Positions 10,547 to 20,068 of a stretch of DNA of 64,000 bases are shown here, piece after piece. Position 1 is the first letter of the stretch. Each line of letters starts with the position of its first letter. A model generated the notes under the pieces. It was not told where the DNA came from. It did no database searches and was given only the letters and a program-made list of their open reading frames with translations. The stretch comes from Candidatus Eiseniibacteriota bacterium (lineage in GTDB: Bacteria > Eisenbacteria > RBG-16-71-46): contig CAVSAC010000019.1 of assembly GCA_963725865.1 (NCBI GenBank), positions 32,001-96,000 of the forward strand, in the 5' to 3' direction. The position numbers and the translations under genes were made by a program.

Positions 10547-11545
10547 TCAGCCGCTCCGCGACTCGCTCCGCACGGCCGCGGCCATCGACCGCACGATCTC
10601 GCCGGCGGGCTCGATCGCGTGGATGTCGCGCACGCTCTTGCCCGCCTGCCAGAAGTCGAGCCGGCCGGTGGCGTCGAGCGAGGCGCGCTTGAGCTGCCAG
10701 GCGGAGCGCAGCGCGTAGAGGCCGCGCATCGCGTGACGGGTGCGCGGCTGCCTCAGAAGCCAGCGCGCGAGGGGACCGGCGCGCAGCCCGGCGCGCTGGA
10801 CGGTGGCGGTGTTGAGCACCGCGACGGGGATGCCGGTGATGCGCTCGGTGAGCACCACGTCGTCCTCGTGTGCCGCCACGATGGCGGCCTTGTAGGCGGC
10901 ACTCGCGCGGCACTCCGGGGTCGCGATGAAGCGCGTGCCCAGCTGCACGCCCGCATAGCCGAGCGCGAGCGCGTGGCGGAAGCCCGCGGCATCGGCGATC
11001 CCGCCCGCGCAGAGGATCGGCAGGCCGAACGGCGCCAGCTCCTCGAACAGCGCCTCCGCGCCGCGCGGACCGGCGTGTCCCCCGGCGCGCGCGTTGACGG
11101 CGATCAGTCCGTCCACGCCGCCGTCGCGCGCCTTGGTCGCCCACTTCGCCTCGGTGACGTCGTGGTACACGACGCCGCCGACCGCGTGTGCGCGCTCGAC
11201 CACCCAGCGCGGGTTGCCGAGCGAGGTCACGAAGAACCGCACGCCCTCCTCGAGCGCCACGTCCACCCACTCGCGCATGCGCTCCTCGTAGCGGCGCGCG
11301 GTCTTCTCGATCAGCGCGTTCATCCCGATCGGCCGGTCGGTGAGGCGGCGGATCAGGCGCAGACCGGCGCGGAAGTCGTGGCCGTGCACGTACGTCATCG
11401 AGACCGGCTGCACCACGCCGATGCCGCCCGCCGCCGAGACCGCGGCGACCAGCTCGGGATTGCTGCAGGGGTACATCGCGCCGCACACGATCGGCACCGC
11501 GATGCCGACCTGACGCGTGAACGCGGTCTCCAGCGCGACGCTCAC
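10547..11545 (-). CDS. Nitronate monooxygenase / FabK-like flavoprotein
   Basis: [28 protein letters not shown] start overlaps the upstream stop. Confidence 0.88.
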   Translation of the reverse strand: MSVALETAFTRQVGIAVPIVCGAMYPCSNPELVAAVSAAGGIGVVQPVSMTYVHGHDFRAGLRLIRRLTDRPIGMNALIEKTARRYEERMREWVDVALEEGVRFFVTSLGNPRWVVERAHAVGGVVYHDVTEAKWATKARDGGVDGLIAVNARAGGHAGPRGAEALFEELAPFGLPILCAGGIADAAGFRHALALGYAGVQLGTRFIATPECRASAAYKAAIVAAHEDDVVLTERITGIPVAVLNTATVQRAGLRAGPLARWLLRQPRTRHAMRGLYALRSAWQLKRASLDATGRLDFWQAGKSVRDIHAIEPAGEIVRSMAAAVRSESRSG

Positions 11546-12027
11546 GCCACCGCCCGGTCGAGTCGCCAGCGCACCGTGACGCGCGCGACCGGCTCGCCGG
11601 CGGCGTCGCGCAGCTCGGCGACCACGTCGTGATCGAGGGGCCCGGTCACCGCCGGCAGCGCGGCCTGGCACTCGGCGGTCAGCACGCCGCGGGCCTTCTT
11701 GAGGTACTCGGTGGTCAGCGAGAGCACGATGCCGCGCACTCCGGCGGGCAGCCCCGCCATCATCGCGAGACCGCTGGTGAGCTCGCCGAGGTTGGTGAGC
11801 GCCACCGCGTGCACGGAGCGCAGGTGATTGCGCACCGCGCGGCGCTCGCGCAGCGTCAGGCGCGCGTAGCCGGGGCGCAGCTCGACGACCCGCGCGCCGA
11901 GCGCGCCGCTGTAAGGCGCCAGCCCGCGCAGCAGCAGCCCGAACAGCCACGCGCCGCCCGGCAGCGGAGCGAGCCGCTGCCACGTGCGCATCAGCAGGGT
12001 GCCGGGAGCTTCGAGCGATCGGGCCAT
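11542..12027 (-). CDS. Hotdog-fold thioesterase (PaaI/DUF4442-like)
   Basis: APY..., [25 protein letters not shown]. Confidence 0.85.
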   Translation of the reverse strand: MARSLEAPGTLLMRTWQRLAPLPGGAWLFGLLLRGLAPYSGALGARVVELRPGYARLTLRERRAVRNHLRSVHAVALTNLGELTSGLAMMAGLPAGVRGIVLSLTTEYLKKARGVLTAECQAALPAVTGPLDHDVVAELRDAAGEPVARVTVRWRLDRAVA

Positions 12028-12061
12028 GGGCGTGCGCGTCGCCGGGCGACGCGCGGGCACT

Positions 12062-13942
12062 CTACCGGATTCCCCCGCGCCGCGCGCCGCGGTTCGCGGG
12101 TGGCGCCGCCGGCGCCGCGGGTCGCGCGAGCCGGCTGCGCGCCTCGTCGCGCAGCTGCCGCGCGGTCGCTTCGCCGGGGTCGAGCCGCAGCGCCGCCTCG
12201 GCGTCGCGCAGGGCCTCCGCCGGCCGGCCGCGCTCGAGACCGATCGCCGCGAGTCGCACCAGGTGCGGCGTCGCGGCCGCGCCCGGCAGGAGCAGGGCGT
12301 TCACGCGCAGCGCGAGCCGCTCCCGCGTCGGGCCATCCTCCCACCAGGCCGGCGTGCGACCGAAGTCGGGAGTCACCCGGAAGGTCACGCTCGGGCGCTG
12401 CGCGGTGGCGTTCACCACCTCGAGGCCCGGCACCACCGCCGAGGTGTCGAGCAGGAATGCGAACGCCGGGCGCATGTAGGCCTCGTACCAGGAGTAGTAG
12501 AGGTAGTGCACGTCCTGCGCGCGGCAGTAGGCCGCCAGCGACGGAAGCGTGCGGTAGATCGGGAACGGCACCGGCTGGAGCCCCGCGTAGTACGCGGTGT
12601 GCGCCTTGCGCGCCAGCAGACGCTCGCCGGGCCGCGCGACCGCGCGCAGCGCCGCGCCCGCGACCCGGGTCTCGAGCGGCAGGATCTCGGCGCAGCCGCG
12701 GTGATAGACGATCGCCCAGCGCACGGTGGGAATCAGCGCCGCCAGTCCCAGCGTGGCGGCCGCGAGCAGCGGCCACGGCCGCGGCCAGCGGGCCCGCGCG
12801 ATCCGCGCCACCAGCCACGCGGCGGGCAGCGTCCACATCGGCGCGAGCACCATCGAGTACCGCTCGGTATAGAACACCGGGAGCAGCACCAGCGCCGTGC
12901 ACAGCGCGAACGGCAGCAGCGGAACGAACGGCGCCCCCGCGCGCAGGATCAGGATCGCGATCACGCCCGCGATGGCGAGGATCGCGATCGGCGGGCCGAG
13001 CAGGTCGCGCGCGTCGCGCAACACGTGCTCGCCGATGCGCGCGCCGAGCCCCGGCAACGCCGCCGTGGCGCCCGCCTCGCTCTGGGCCTCGGCCTGGGCC
13101 TGCGCCCGCACGTCCGCTCCGAGGTCGCGGTAGCGGCTCTCGAGCAGCTGGCCGGGGGTGCCCTGCAGGTAGAAGCCGCGGTCGCGGATCAGCGTCTCCC
13201 CCGGCAGATGTCCCGCGTGCAGCGAGGCGGCGGTCCACGGCGCGATCGGGATCAGCATGCCGAGCAGGAACAGCGCGATGTGTCCCGCGCGCGCCGCGGT
13301 GCTGCGCCCGCTGCGCAGGCCCTCGAACAGCAGCGCCGCCGGCAGCAGGCTCGCGAGGTTGTAGCGCGTGAGCACCGCCAGTCCGGCCGCGACCCCGGCC
13401 GCGAGCGGTCCCCGGCGGCCCGCGACCGTGAGGGTCGCGCACACCGACAGCGAGAACCACGCCATCGCCACCATGTCGGTGGTGGCCGAGTAGCCGTAGC
13501 GCATCAGCGTGGGATTCGCGAGCAGCGCGACCACCAGCAGCAGCGCGACCGCGCTGTCGAGCCGTCGCTCGGCCACCCGCCACCACGCCCACAGCGTGGC
13601 GCCGGCGGCCAGCACCGAGAGCACGCGCGCGGCGGTGAACAGGTCGGGCAGCGCCCATCCGAACAGCGCGAGCATCACCTCGTAGACCGGGCCGTACACG
13701 CCGTAGCGCGCGAAGTCGACGTGCCCGTGCTGCAGCGCGCGGGCGCCGATCGCGTAGCCGGCGTAGAAGTCGCTCTCGGTCAGGTAATCGCCGATGCGGT
13801 GCACGATCAGCGCGTACGCACCCAGCGCCAGCGTCGCGACCGCCACCACGAGCGCGCCGGCGCTGCGGAGCGTGGCGGGCGCGATGCCGGCGGGCGCGAC
13901 GGGGACGGCGCGGGACGGGTGGGACGATCGGGATCGGCGCAT
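12062..13942 (-). CDS. GT-C (ArnT/PMT, family 39-like) membrane glycosyltransferase with C-terminal TPR-like helix
   Basis: ESDF acidic loop after TM1, YGPVY, about 11 TM helices, LTRYN, C-terminal [15 protein letters not shown]. Confidence 0.75.
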   Translation of the reverse strand: MRRSRSSHPSRAVPVAPAGIAPATLRSAGALVVAVATLALGAYALIVHRIGDYLTESDFYAGYAIGARALQHGHVDFARYGVYGPVYEVMLALFGWALPDLFTAARVLSVLAAGATLWAWWRVAERRLDSAVALLLVVALLANPTLMRYGYSATTDMVAMAWFSLSVCATLTVAGRRGPLAAGVAAGLAVLTRYNLASLLPAALLFEGLRSGRSTAARAGHIALFLLGMLIPIAPWTAASLHAGHLPGETLIRDRGFYLQGTPGQLLESRYRDLGADVRAQAQAEAQSEAGATAALPGLGARIGEHVLRDARDLLGPPIAILAIAGVIAILILRAGAPFVPLLPFALCTALVLLPVFYTERYSMVLAPMWTLPAAWLVARIARARWPRPWPLLAAATLGLAALIPTVRWAIVYHRGCAEILPLETRVAGAALRAVARPGERLLARKAHTAYYAGLQPVPFPIYRTLPSLAAYCRAQDVHYLYYSWYEAYMRPAFAFLLDTSAVVPGLEVVNATAQRPSVTFRVTPDFGRTPAWWEDGPTRERLALRVNALLLPGAAATPHLVRLAAIGLERGRPAEALRDAEAALRLDPGEATARQLRDEARSRLARPAAPAAPPANRGARRGGIR

Positions 13943-14082
13943 GGGATGGGATCGCGGCGGCATGATACAGCAAGGCCGCGAGCCCGCCGGGTCGCCGCAG
14001 CGACCGGCCGAGCGCCCGTGCGCGTTCGGCGGCGCGTTCCTCGGAGCCGGAGGTGGAAACGGACGGGAGTCGAAACGGTGAA

Positions 14083-14210
14083 GGGTCGTACGCGTCCCCG
14101 CGCACGACCCCACCGAGTGCTCGTCGCGGTCCACCTCGGCGCGTGCACGAGGTTGCCGCTGAGCCCTGCCCCCCCACTCGGCCTAGTGCAAGAGCAGGGC
14201 CACGGTCGCG
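14083..14210 (-). ncRNA. Candidate structured RNA, family not recognised
   Basis: Three hairpins that pair via G-U only on the minus strand, a GGGA tetraloop and alternative long-range pairings; intergenic. Confidence 0.3.
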
Positions 14211-14328
14211 TGTCGTGACAGAGATCGGCGCAGGCGGGTGACTTGGGCGCCGGCGCCGGCGTTTCGTGCGCGCCGGCTCGCGCCCCCGCGGCGGAAGAAC
14301 CGTCAAGCCCGCCGACACGAGGGCCCGC

Positions 14329-14826
14329 TCACGCGTGCCCGGGCTCCTGCTGCTCCTCGGCGGCGCGGCGGCGGCGGCGGAAGAATTCGCGCAGCAATTC
14401 GCCGCACTCCTCGGCGAGCACGCCGGTCGTCACCTCGACGCGGTGGTTCAGGCGCGGCTCGTGGATCACGTCGGTCACCGAGCCGCAGCCGCCCGCCTTG
14501 GGATCGAGCGCGCCGTAGACCAGCCGACCGAGCCGCGCGAGCACGATCGCGCCCGCGCACATCGAACAGGGCTCGAGCGTGACGTAGAGCGTGCACTCGT
14601 TGAGGCGCCACGAGCCGAGCGCGCTCGAGGCGGCGCCGATCGCGACGATCTCGGCATGGGCGGTGGCGTCCTGCAGGCCCTCGACCTGGTTGTGCCCGCG
14701 CCCGATCACGAGCCCTTCGTGCACGATCACGCAGCCGACCGGCACCTCGTCGGCTGTCTCCGCCGCGCGCGCTTCGCGCAACGCCGCCTGCATGCCCTGC
14801 TCGTCGTCGCGGATCAGCACCGACAC
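14329..14826 (-). CDS. tadA: tRNA adenosine(34) deaminase
   Basis: EVPVG, TAHAE, LYVTLEPCSMC, DPKAG, LNH, FFRRRR; start approximate (GTG at 14826 or 14820). Confidence 0.95.
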   Translation of the reverse strand: MSVLIRDDEQGMQAALREARAAETADEVPVGCVIVHEGLVIGRGHNQVEGLQDATAHAEIVAIGAASSALGSWRLNECTLYVTLEPCSMCAGAIVLARLGRLVYGALDPKAGGCGSVTDVIHEPRLNHRVEVTTGVLAEECGELLREFFRRRRRAAEEQQEPGHA

Positions 14827-14843
14827 GCGCGGCTCGCCGGGCG

Positions 14844-15593
14844 CTACGGCGCCTTGGGCGCGGCGGACGCGGGCGCAGTGGCGGCACGCGAGGGGAACTG
14901 GCTCGCCCACCGCGTGAACAGCTTGCCCACGATCTCGAGGTAGGCGGGCGGTCCGCCCTGGGCGTTGACCGGGTCGTGCCCGAGCCCGCCGCCCGACATG
15001 TTCACCGCGCCGGTGCTGGGATCGTGGTACGCCCCCTCGCCGGTCTCGCTGCCCGAGATCGACCACACCAGGCGCCCGGTGGAATCCACCAGCACCGCGC
15101 GCGCCTGCACCGTGGTCGAGGGCTTGCCCGCCTCGTTCCACTCCATCTTGCGCTGCTCCCACTGGTCCACGCGCACCGCGAACACCGCGTTGGTGCGCAG
15201 CGCGGCGCACAGCCGCGGGGCCAGCAGCGAGTCCACGCTCCCCGTCTTGAGCACGCCCTCGCGTGCGACCCTGAACAGCGACTCGGCCACCGCGTCCCCG
15301 CGCACCAGCTCGCGCGCGGTGGCGGCCGACAGCCAGCGGTGGCCGCTCTCGCGGAACGTCATGCCGACCGCCTGCGCCACCGTCTTCTCGGCTTCGAGGT
15401 TGTTGTCGTAGCTGGCGACCGGGAGCATCGCGATGCTCCCGATGCCGAGCGAGGCGAGATCCGGGTAGGTCCACACCAGATCGTGGGTCTTCTCCTTCTT
15501 GGGTGCGGCGGAGGCCACGGCCGCGAGCGCCAGAGCGCACGCGACGCCGGCCACCGCACGCATCACGTCCGCGGCACGACGTGAGCGAGTCAT
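14844..15593 (-). CDS. Hypothetical secreted protein (possibly LpoB/CsgG-like alpha/beta fold)
   Basis: Signal peptide, SIAMLP, LVDSTGRLVW pattern; host-like codon usage. Confidence 0.6.
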   Translation of the reverse strand: MTRSRRAADVMRAVAGVACALALAAVASAAPKKEKTHDLVWTYPDLASLGIGSIAMLPVASYDNNLEAEKTVAQAVGMTFRESGHRWLSAATARELVRGDAVAESLFRVAREGVLKTGSVDSLLAPRLCAALRTNAVFAVRVDQWEQRKMEWNEAGKPSTTVQARAVLVDSTGRLVWSISGSETGEGAYHDPSTGAVNMSGGGLGHDPVNAQGGPPAYLEIVGKLFTRWASQFPSRAATAPASAAPKAP

Positions 15594-15594
15594 C

Positions 15595-15951
15595 TCAGTT
15601 CCCTCCGGAAGGCGCTCCACCGGCGTCGGCGACCGTCGTCTTCTCGACGAGCGCGGGCGCCGCGCAGCGCGGACACTTGCCCGAGTGCTCGACGGGCTGG
15701 CCGTCGGTCGGGCACTTGTACGCGATGGCGGTCTCCACCAACTGGGTCTGGTCCATGGTGCACAGGCCCGCCGCGTCGTAGTCCATGCCGCACTTCGGGC
15801 ACTCGTAGACCATCCGCTCCGTGTGCAGGATCGGGATCGCCTTGGGGCCCTGCGCCACGGCCTGGCCGCTGAGCCCGGAGCGGGCGCCCCGGGTCTGGCA
15901 GCCGACGACGGAGCATGAGACGAGCAGGAGGAGAGCGAGGAGCCGGTTCAT
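15595..15951 (-). CDS. Lipoprotein with two heavy-metal-binding-domain-like Cys repeats
   Basis: Lipobox VVGC; YECPKCGM...GLCTMD and YKCPTD...GKCPRC. Confidence 0.7.
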   Translation of the reverse strand: MNRLLALLLLVSCSVVGCQTRGARSGLSGQAVAQGPKAIPILHTERMVYECPKCGMDYDAAGLCTMDQTQLVETAIAYKCPTDGQPVEHSGKCPRCAAPALVEKTTVADAGGAPSGGN

Positions 15952-16032
15952 GCGCGTTCCCTTCGGTGAAGATGGGACCTCATGCGACCGGGGGCGACGC
16001 GGCGGGGAGCACTCGCGTGCGGCGGGAAAGAA

Positions 16033-16109
16033 TGGCGCGCCCTGGAGGATTTGAACCCCCAACCTTCTGGTCCGTAGCCAGACGCTCTATCCAATTGAGC
16101 TAAGGGCGC
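16033..16109 (-). tRNA. tRNA-Arg(ACG)
   Basis: GCGCCCTTAGCTCAATTGGATAGAGC...TCTGG CT ACG GA CCAGA...GTTCAAATCC...GGGCGCGCCA, 77 nt with CCA. Confidence 0.97.
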
Positions 16110-16130
16110 GCCCCAGCGAAGCGGGCACAA

Positions 16131-16222
16131 TGGCGGAGAGGAGAGGATTCGAACCTCCGGATCGGTTTTACCCGATCAACCGCTTAGCAGGCGGCTGCCT
16201 TCGACCGCTCGGCCACCTCTCC
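16131..16222 (-). tRNA. tRNA-Ser(GCT)
   Basis: GGAGAGGTGGCCGAGCGG...CT GCT AA, long variable arm, GTTCGAATCC...CTCCGCCA. Confidence 0.97.
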
Positions 16223-16232
16223 AAGGTACGAC

Positions 16233-16318
16233 TGGCGGAGGGAGTAGGATTCGAACCCACGGAGCTTTCGCTCAGCGGTTTTCAAGACCGCCGCCTTCAA
16301 CCACTCGGCCATCCCTCC
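16233..16318 (-). tRNA. tRNA-Ser(TGA)
   Basis: GGAGGGATGGCCGAGTGG...GCGGT CT TGA AA ACCGC, variable arm, GTTCGAATCC...CTCCGCCA. Confidence 0.97.
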
Positions 16319-16495
16319 GGACGATGCCGCGGCTTGTCTCGAAAGACGCTGACGGCCCGAGCGAGCGATCCCGCTGCCACCGCCGACTGCCGCGCGAGTG
16401 CCGACGCTCCGTCGAACGCTCAAGCGAGCGAACCGCATCCGCGTGCAGGGCGGGGAATCTAGCATCGGCCTGCGGGCGGGCGCAAGGCGGGGCGG
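16276..16495. repeat. Direct repeat copy 1: tRNA-Ser(TGA) 5' half + leader + promoter
   Basis: Near-identical to 19212-19430 with scattered substitutions and small indels. Confidence 0.93.
16456..16485 (-). promoter_or_regulatory. Sigma70-type promoter of the tRNA operon (TTGCGC-N18-TAGATT, extended TG)
   Basis: Hexamers kept in both repeat copies while the spacer diverges. Confidence 0.6.
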
Positions 16496-16719
16496 GCGGG
16501 GTGGGAACACTTGTGACTAGATCACTTGTGGCTTGGACAGGCGCGTTCTCCATCCCGCATCGAACACCCGTTGACGGCCCCCCCCCTCGGAGGCGTTCAC
16601 TCTCGGGCGTGTGAGGCCCGCGCCCCGCTCGCCGACCCCTCGCCCTCGAGGCTGAGCCCCTCACCCCCGCCCCCACCGGGTTGGCTTCGGACCGCTGTCT
16701 CCGACAGGAGGCCGCGACC

Positions 16720-17285
16720 ATGGGCCGCATCCACCGGTGTTGCTATGCTCTTCTCATGTTGTTGCTCACCACCCGCTCCGCATCGGCGCTCCAGCTTCAA
16801 TGGACTGGTGGCGCCACCACGCTCTCGTTCACCGAGGCCACCCGCTGCACGATGGTGGTGCAGGCGGACTCGAGCGAGCAGCGGCTGCCGGCGGAGTGGC
16901 GACTGCTGTGGGTCGCCGACAGCTGCGACATCTCGCCAGTGCCGCTCGACGAACAGCTGGCCTGTCTCGAGCCGTTCGCTCAGGTGTCGGCGGTGGACGA
17001 ACCGTCGACGACGGCGGACAGCGCCGCGCATCTGCGCACCATCCACTTCTGCTCGGATGAAAACGATCCCGTGGCGAGCGCCGCGCGCTACGTCCTCGAC
17101 CTGCCGATGGGCAGCGCCGGGAGGTTCCAAGCGGTGGCGCTCGACCCCAACGACTCGACGCAAGTGATTGAGTCGAACGAGATCACGTTCAATGGGGGAG
17201 TGAGCGGCGAATACGCACCGGTCATCCTAAGCGCCACCAGTGTGCACGATTCTCGTGGGCTCAGCGTGACCTTGATCGGCGACCA
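16720..17285 (+). pseudogene. N-terminal fragment of a secreted protein
   Basis: SD AGGAGG, signal peptide ending ASA-LQ; plausible protein to ~TLIGDQL, where coding switches to another frame. Confidence 0.55.
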
Positions 17286-18392
17286 ACTGTCTACGCAGGC
17301 GGGAACTTCGGTACCATCGGCGGGCAGTATCGCAGCAGTCTCGCCGCGCTGGACACGCTTACCGGGGCAGCGACCGCATGGAACCCCGGCGCGAACGGGG
17401 CCGTCGGGACGATGTTCGTCAGCGACTCGACGCTCTTCCTTGCCGGCGGGTTCGGATACATCGGCGGGAAATACCGTACTCACGCTGCCGCCGTGGACCT
17501 CGCCACTGGGGAGGTGAACAGCTGGGATCCCCAGCCAGACGATGCTGTGTACGCGATGGCGCGCCGCGGGGACACGATCTACCTTGGAGGGTTCTTCGAG
17601 CACGTCGGCGGACAGCCTCATCAGGGCCTGGCTGCGGTAGACGCGACCACCGGAGCTGTCCTCTCCTGGAACCCCGACGTGGACAGCTTCGTGAACTCAC
17701 TCGTCGTCATCGGCCGGACGGTATACGTCGGCGGGGCCTACTACACGGTTGGTGGGCAGTCACGCAATTCCCTGGCCGCCGTCGACGCCCTCACCGGCGC
17801 GGTGCTCCGCTGGAATCCCGAGCCGGGCCCTGGGGACGTCATCGCTCCCTACATCTATGCATTGGTCGCCGTCGGAGACACAATCTACGTCGGGGGCGAC
17901 TTCGACGGCATCGGTGGTGGAGCACAGAAGGACTTCGCTGGAGTGGACGCGATCTCTGGGCAGGCCATCTCGTGGGATGCACGCCCCAATGGGCACGTCT
18001 GGAGTCTGTCCGCGAGCGGGCGCACCGTCTATGCGGGAGGTGCGTTCCTTCAGTTCGACGGACTGCCGTGCTCGGGGCTGGCCGAGATCCAGCTAGGGGC
18101 TGAGGTGCCGCATGGCCCTCCGGGTTCATCGCTGGCGTTGGGGCCGATCAGCCCCAACCCCGCGGTCTCGTCAGCATCGATTCCATTCGAGTCGCGGGTC
18201 ACTGGCCCCGTGTCACTTGAGGTCTTCGACATCCAGGGTCGACGCATCGCCACTCTGCTCGACCACCAACTGATCAGCCCCGGTTGGCACGAGCAGCCCG
18301 TGGACGCGGAGAACTGGCCCAAAGGCGTGTACTTTTGCCGCCTGCAAGCCGGCGGTTCGACGGCCTCGCGTCGCTTCGTCGTCCTTCGATAG
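17286..18392 (+). pseudogene. C-terminal part of a beta-propeller repeat protein with FlgD/T9SS-like CTD
   Basis: Repeats TVYxGGxF..IGG..R..LAAxD..TG....WNP start at ~17286, upstream of the ORF-track ATG; no signal peptide in this frame; ends PNP...FDIQGRR...GVYFCRL...RRFVVLR. Confidence 0.7.
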
Positions 18393-18479
18393 TCCAGCGC
18401 CGCCTTCGGGCAGCCGTCGAGGCGGGTTCGGGGACGGCGAGAACCCCGCGTGATCCACTCGTTCGTGGGCCATGAAGAG

Positions 18480-18900
18480 TTCACGGCTCGCCTAACCCGC
18501 CGGCTCGCCCGACGCTGCCCGTGCTCCAGATCGACCACCGTCCCTTCGTCCAGCCCGATCCGGGGCGGCAAGCTCGGCCTGCGTGAGCCCGAGCATCCGT
18601 CTGCGCGCGAGCACCCGCCCGGCCAGGCTCCTGTTGGTCGGTCCGGGGTATCAGCCGAGGCAGCGGAGCAACCTCGCGAGATGCCGCTCGAGTGGGCGTG
18701 TCCGCCCCAGTTCCCAGTTCACCACCGTCTCCGCGCGGACACCCAACCTCACGCCGAGGATTCGTTCTGCAAATCCAAGGTCGAGCCGATGGCGCCGGAC
18801 GTGGTCGCTCAGCGTGACGAGCGAACTCGGATGACCCCTTGGCAGTGCGAGCGGGGCGAGGTCCTAGCAGCCGCAAGCTGGCAAAAGGCGACGCAACGGT
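18480..18900 (-). pseudogene. Tandem XRE-type HTH regulator pseudogene
   Basis: Manual translation: TLSDHVRRHRLDLG...LGVRAETVVNWELGRTRP...CLG*YP...SLAGRVLARRRMLGLTQAELAA(frameshift)RIGLDEGTVVDLEHG; stop at 18651-18653, frameshift ~18562. Confidence 0.7.
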
Positions 18901-19040
18901 GCGGATTCATCGACGCCTGAACCCGGCACGAGAATGCCCGTGCTTGCAGCTAGGCTGCTCCCGTACCTCACCCACTCCGGCCTGGGCACGCTGGAGACCC
19001 GAACGGGTATCGAAGACCCTCGCCCTCCCGGGCGTTTTCC

Positions 19041-19062
19041 GGCTACCCCTTGGCTACCCCTT
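19041..19062. repeat. Tandem 11-bp repeat GGCTACCCCTT x2 (possible integrase arm-type site)
   Basis: Perfect direct repeat ~150 bp inside the island boundary. Confidence 0.5.
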
Positions 19063-19106
19063 CAGCGTCCTAACGTGGCCATTCGTGTCCATCTCTGACC
19101 GCGTTG

Positions 19107-19144
19107 AAACGCAAACGCCCCTCGGGGCGAACCCGTTGGGGCGT
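19107..19144 (-). terminator. Intrinsic terminator-like hairpin after the tRNA fragment
   Basis: ACGCCCC...GGGGCGT stem followed by TTGCGTTT on the minus strand. Confidence 0.5.
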
Positions 19145-19211
19145 GATCTACTCCATTCAGGCGATTGGTGTTCCGGCGGCTGTCGGCGCGTTGATGGTGA
19201 GAGTACTTGAA

Positions 19212-19254
19212 CGGTTTTCAAGACCGCCGCCTTCAACCACTCGGCCATCCCTCC
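19212..19254 (-). pseudogene. 5' half of tRNA-Ser(TGA), truncated in the anticodon stem
   Basis: 43 nt identical to 16276-16318; no proper variable arm, T-stem or acceptor 3' strand follows. Confidence 0.9.
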
Positions 19255-19430
19255 GGACGATGCCGCGGCTTGTCTCGAAAGACGCTGACGGCCCGAGCGA
19301 GCGATTCCGCTGCCACCGCCGACTGCCGCGCGAGTGCCGTGACTCCGTCGAACGCCAAGGGAGTGAACCGCATCCGCGTGCAGGGCGGGGAATCTAGCAT
19401 CGCCACGGCGGACGGCGCAAGGCGGGGCGG
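19212..19430. repeat. Direct repeat copy 2: tRNA 5' half + leader + promoter
   Basis: Matches 16276-16495; promoter hexamers at 19391-19420. Confidence 0.93.
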
Positions 19431-19453
19431 CGCCGCTCGACGGACGCGCGCGC

Positions 19454-20068
19454 TCAGCGCACCTGGCTCAGCACCACCTGCTGGTACTTGGCCCACACGT
19501 CCTCGCTGGGACCCATGGTCAGGCGCTTCTCGCACCACGTCACCGGGAAGATCACGCGGTCGCGCCAGTAGTAGGGCATGGTGTTGGGACCCATCTCGGG
19601 GCTGTCCTTGAGCCACTTGCCGGGGCCGTCGTTGCGGTCCATGACCTGGACGATGTAGGCGCCGAACTCCAGCGCGACGCCTTGCAGGTTGTCGGGCCGG
19701 CCCTCCTGCTGGTACTGGTCGTACAGTGCGCCGAGCACCTGCTCGACCGACCGGATCGACTCGCGCGAGTAGTCGAGCGAAACGCCGTAGCCCTCCTGGG
19801 CGATCTTGACCGCGAGCGGAGCGAGCTGGTCGCGGGTCTCGTTCATGTCGGCCGAGGTCTTCGGAGTCGCCGATGGCGCGGCCGCGGGCGCGGCGGCGGG
19901 CGGCGCCGCGGAGAGATCCCCCTCCGACGGAGCGCCGAACGGATTCTCGCCGCCCGGCGCGGCGGTGTTCGAGGCGGACGCGGGCGCCGACTTCTTCCCG
20001 CAGCCGGCGAGCAGCCCGAGGGCCAGCAGGGCGGCGAGCAGCGGCGCGATCGTTCGACGGACGTTCAT
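19454..20068 (-). CDS. Hypothetical lipoprotein (DUF3806-like C-terminal domain)
   Basis: Lipobox LLAGC, Ala/Pro linker, LDYSRESI...FGAYI...FPVTWCEKR. Confidence 0.65.
   Translation of the reverse strand: MNVRRTIAPLLAALLALGLLAGCGKKSAPASASNTAAPGGENPFGAPSEGDLSAAPPAAAPAAAPSATPKTSADMNETRDQLAPLAVKIAQEGYGVSLDYSRESIRSVEQVLGALYDQYQQEGRPDNLQGVALEFGAYIVQVMDRNDGPGKWLKDSPEMGPNTMPYYWRDRVIFPVTWCEKRLTMGPSEDVWAKYQQVVLSQVR

Larger units (their letters stand above)
16496..19211. mobile_element. Decayed genomic islet at tRNA-Ser(TGA)
   Basis: Bounded by the ~220 bp repeat; visibly more A/T-ending codons than the flanks; holds only gene fragments; no integrase seen. Confidence 0.7.

Noticed and set aside
14040..14330. 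SRP RNA, tmRNA or SAM riboswitch next to tadA
   Set aside because: No SRP core (TCAGG..CGGAAG..AGCAG); the UUCGACUCCC...CCACC stretch lacks a paired T-stem; GGCAACC is present but the other SAM-I/IV core elements are not.
16233..16318. tRNA with TGA in the anticodon loop as tRNA-Sec
   Set aside because: Anticodon UGA reads Ser codon UCA; tRNA-Sec needs anticodon UCA and a longer acceptor stem. No selA, selB, selC or selD seen in the window.
16512..16526. CRP-like site TGTGA-CTAGA-TCACT at the island edge
   Set aside because: Spacer is 5 bp rather than 6; a single imperfect instance.
18651..18653. In-frame TGA in the XRE remnant as a second Sec codon
   Set aside because: The gene also has frameshifts, an HTH linker is not a redox site, and no convincing SECIS follows.
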